From: Malacoraja senta
Lineage: Eukaryota
Direction of reading: 5' to 3'
DNA: 64,000 nt
NCBI GenBank assembly: GCA_038087875.1
Contig: JAXLNO010000270.1
Coordinates: 1-64,000 of the forward strand
The translations under genes were made by a program, and so were the position numbers. The notes below the pieces were generated by a model. That model saw only the letters and a program-made list of their open reading frames with translations, made no database searches and had not been told where the DNA came from. Within the stretch, counting starts at the first letter, position 1. Each line of letters opens with the position of its first letter. Below are positions 62,550-64,000 of this stretch, in pieces.

Positions 62550-64000
62550 TCCTAAATGACATCCAGCTTCCAGGCCCCCACTCCCTCTTCTTTAGATGGC
62601 CAGTCAATCTCCACCACCCAGCAGGGTGCTCTTAAAGCACTCCGTTTATTCCTCATCGGCAGAACCAGCCAATTTCCCTCCACGAAGAATCTCCACCGCT
62701 AGAAGAGCTGGTCCTTAACCTCACATTGTCCTTCGACTCCCCCCACATCCCAAGGCGTAGCGATGGGCACTCGCATGGGCCCTAACAATGCTTGCCTCTT
62801 TGTAGGGAACGTCATACAATCCCTTTTCCAGGCGCACACTGGCCTAATCCCCGAACTTTACCTCAGCTACATTGACGACTGCATTGGTGCTACCTCCTGC
62901 TCCCATTCAGGACCCACATACTTCATCAACTACACCACACATTTCCATCCTGCGCTCAAATTCACTTGGACCATCTCCGACATCTCCCTACCGTTTCTAG
63001 ATCTCACCGCCTCTACCACAGGAAACAGACTATTGACCGGCATCTACCGCAAACATACTGTCTCCCAATGTTATCTTGACCACACTTCTTCTCTCCCTGC
63101 TTCCTGTAAAGGCTCTATCACCTACTCCCAATTCACCCGTCTATGCGGCATCTGCGCCCAGGATTAGGTGTTCCATACCAGGGCATCGGAGATGTGCTAA
63201 ATCTTTAGGGAACGGGGTTTCCCCTCTTCCATTATAAACGAGGCTCGCACTAGGGTCTCGTCGATATCCCGTGCTCCGCTCTTACTCTCCCTCCCCCCAT
63301 TCTTAACAAGGACAGTTACCCTTGTCCTCACCTTCCACCCCATCAGCCGTCGCATTCAGCATATAATTCTACAACATTCCCGTCACCTCCAAAGGGATCC
63401 CACTACTTCTTCACATCTCCACATCTCCACATCTTCATATCTCCACCCCTTTCTGATTTCCGTAGAAACCGTTCGCTCCGAAAATCCCTGGTCAACACGT
63501 CCCTCCCACCCAAACCACCCTTACCCAGATACTCCCCCCTGCACCCGCAGATGAGGCGACACCTGTTCCGTTACATCCCCCTTCGACTGCATACAAAGAC
63601 GCAAACAGTCTTTCCAGGTGAGGCAGAGGTTCACTTGCACCTCCTCCAACCTCATCTACTGTATCCGCTGTTCCAGGTGACAACTTCTCTACATCGGCAA
63701 GACCATGCGCTGGTTCGGCGGTCATTTCGCTGAACACCTCCGCTCAGTCAGTCTGATCTCCCGATGGCCTAGAGCTTCAACTCCCCATCCCATTCCCAAT
63801 CTGACCTATCTGTCCTGTACCCCCTCCATTGTCAAATTAGAGGAACATCACCTCATATATCGCTTGGGTCGTTAACACCCCAGCGGTATGAACATTGACT
63901 TCTCTAACTTCAGACAGCCCCTGCTTTCTCTCTCAATCCCCTTCCCCTTCCCAGTTCTCCCACGTCTTATTGTCTCCGCCTACATTCTATGTTTGTCCCT
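62550..64000 (+). mobile_element. Penelope-like element (RT + GIY-YIG), decayed, running off the window
   Basis: GVAMGTRMGP, YIDDCIG, FHPALKFT, PFLDL, SNLIYCIRC...LYIGKT...FAEH. Confidence 0.92.

Overview
Eukaryotic, repeat-dominated window. The CR1/HER1-type LINE tails, HE1/V-SINE copies and Penelope tails resemble those of cartilaginous fishes (skate/ray-like; an inference). One intact host gene is supportable: a two-exon class A GPCR of the GPR139/GPR142-like type (34504-34579 + 35303-36210, 327 aa). It has a TATA box, and a conserved-core tandem array lies just past its stop codon. Most of the rest is a nested mosaic of mobile DNA: several CR1 families (one near full length, with esterase-type ORF1), a 5'-inverted L1, Penelope-like elements with hammerhead-like motifs, a decayed Gypsy element interrupted by Rex1, two solo-LTR candidates, a probable Helitron end, a MITE and SINEs. 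There are also (GATA)n and GGATTACAC satellites and local segmental duplications. No CRISPR, rRNA or true tRNA was found. Boundaries of degenerate repeats are approximate because they were read by eye.
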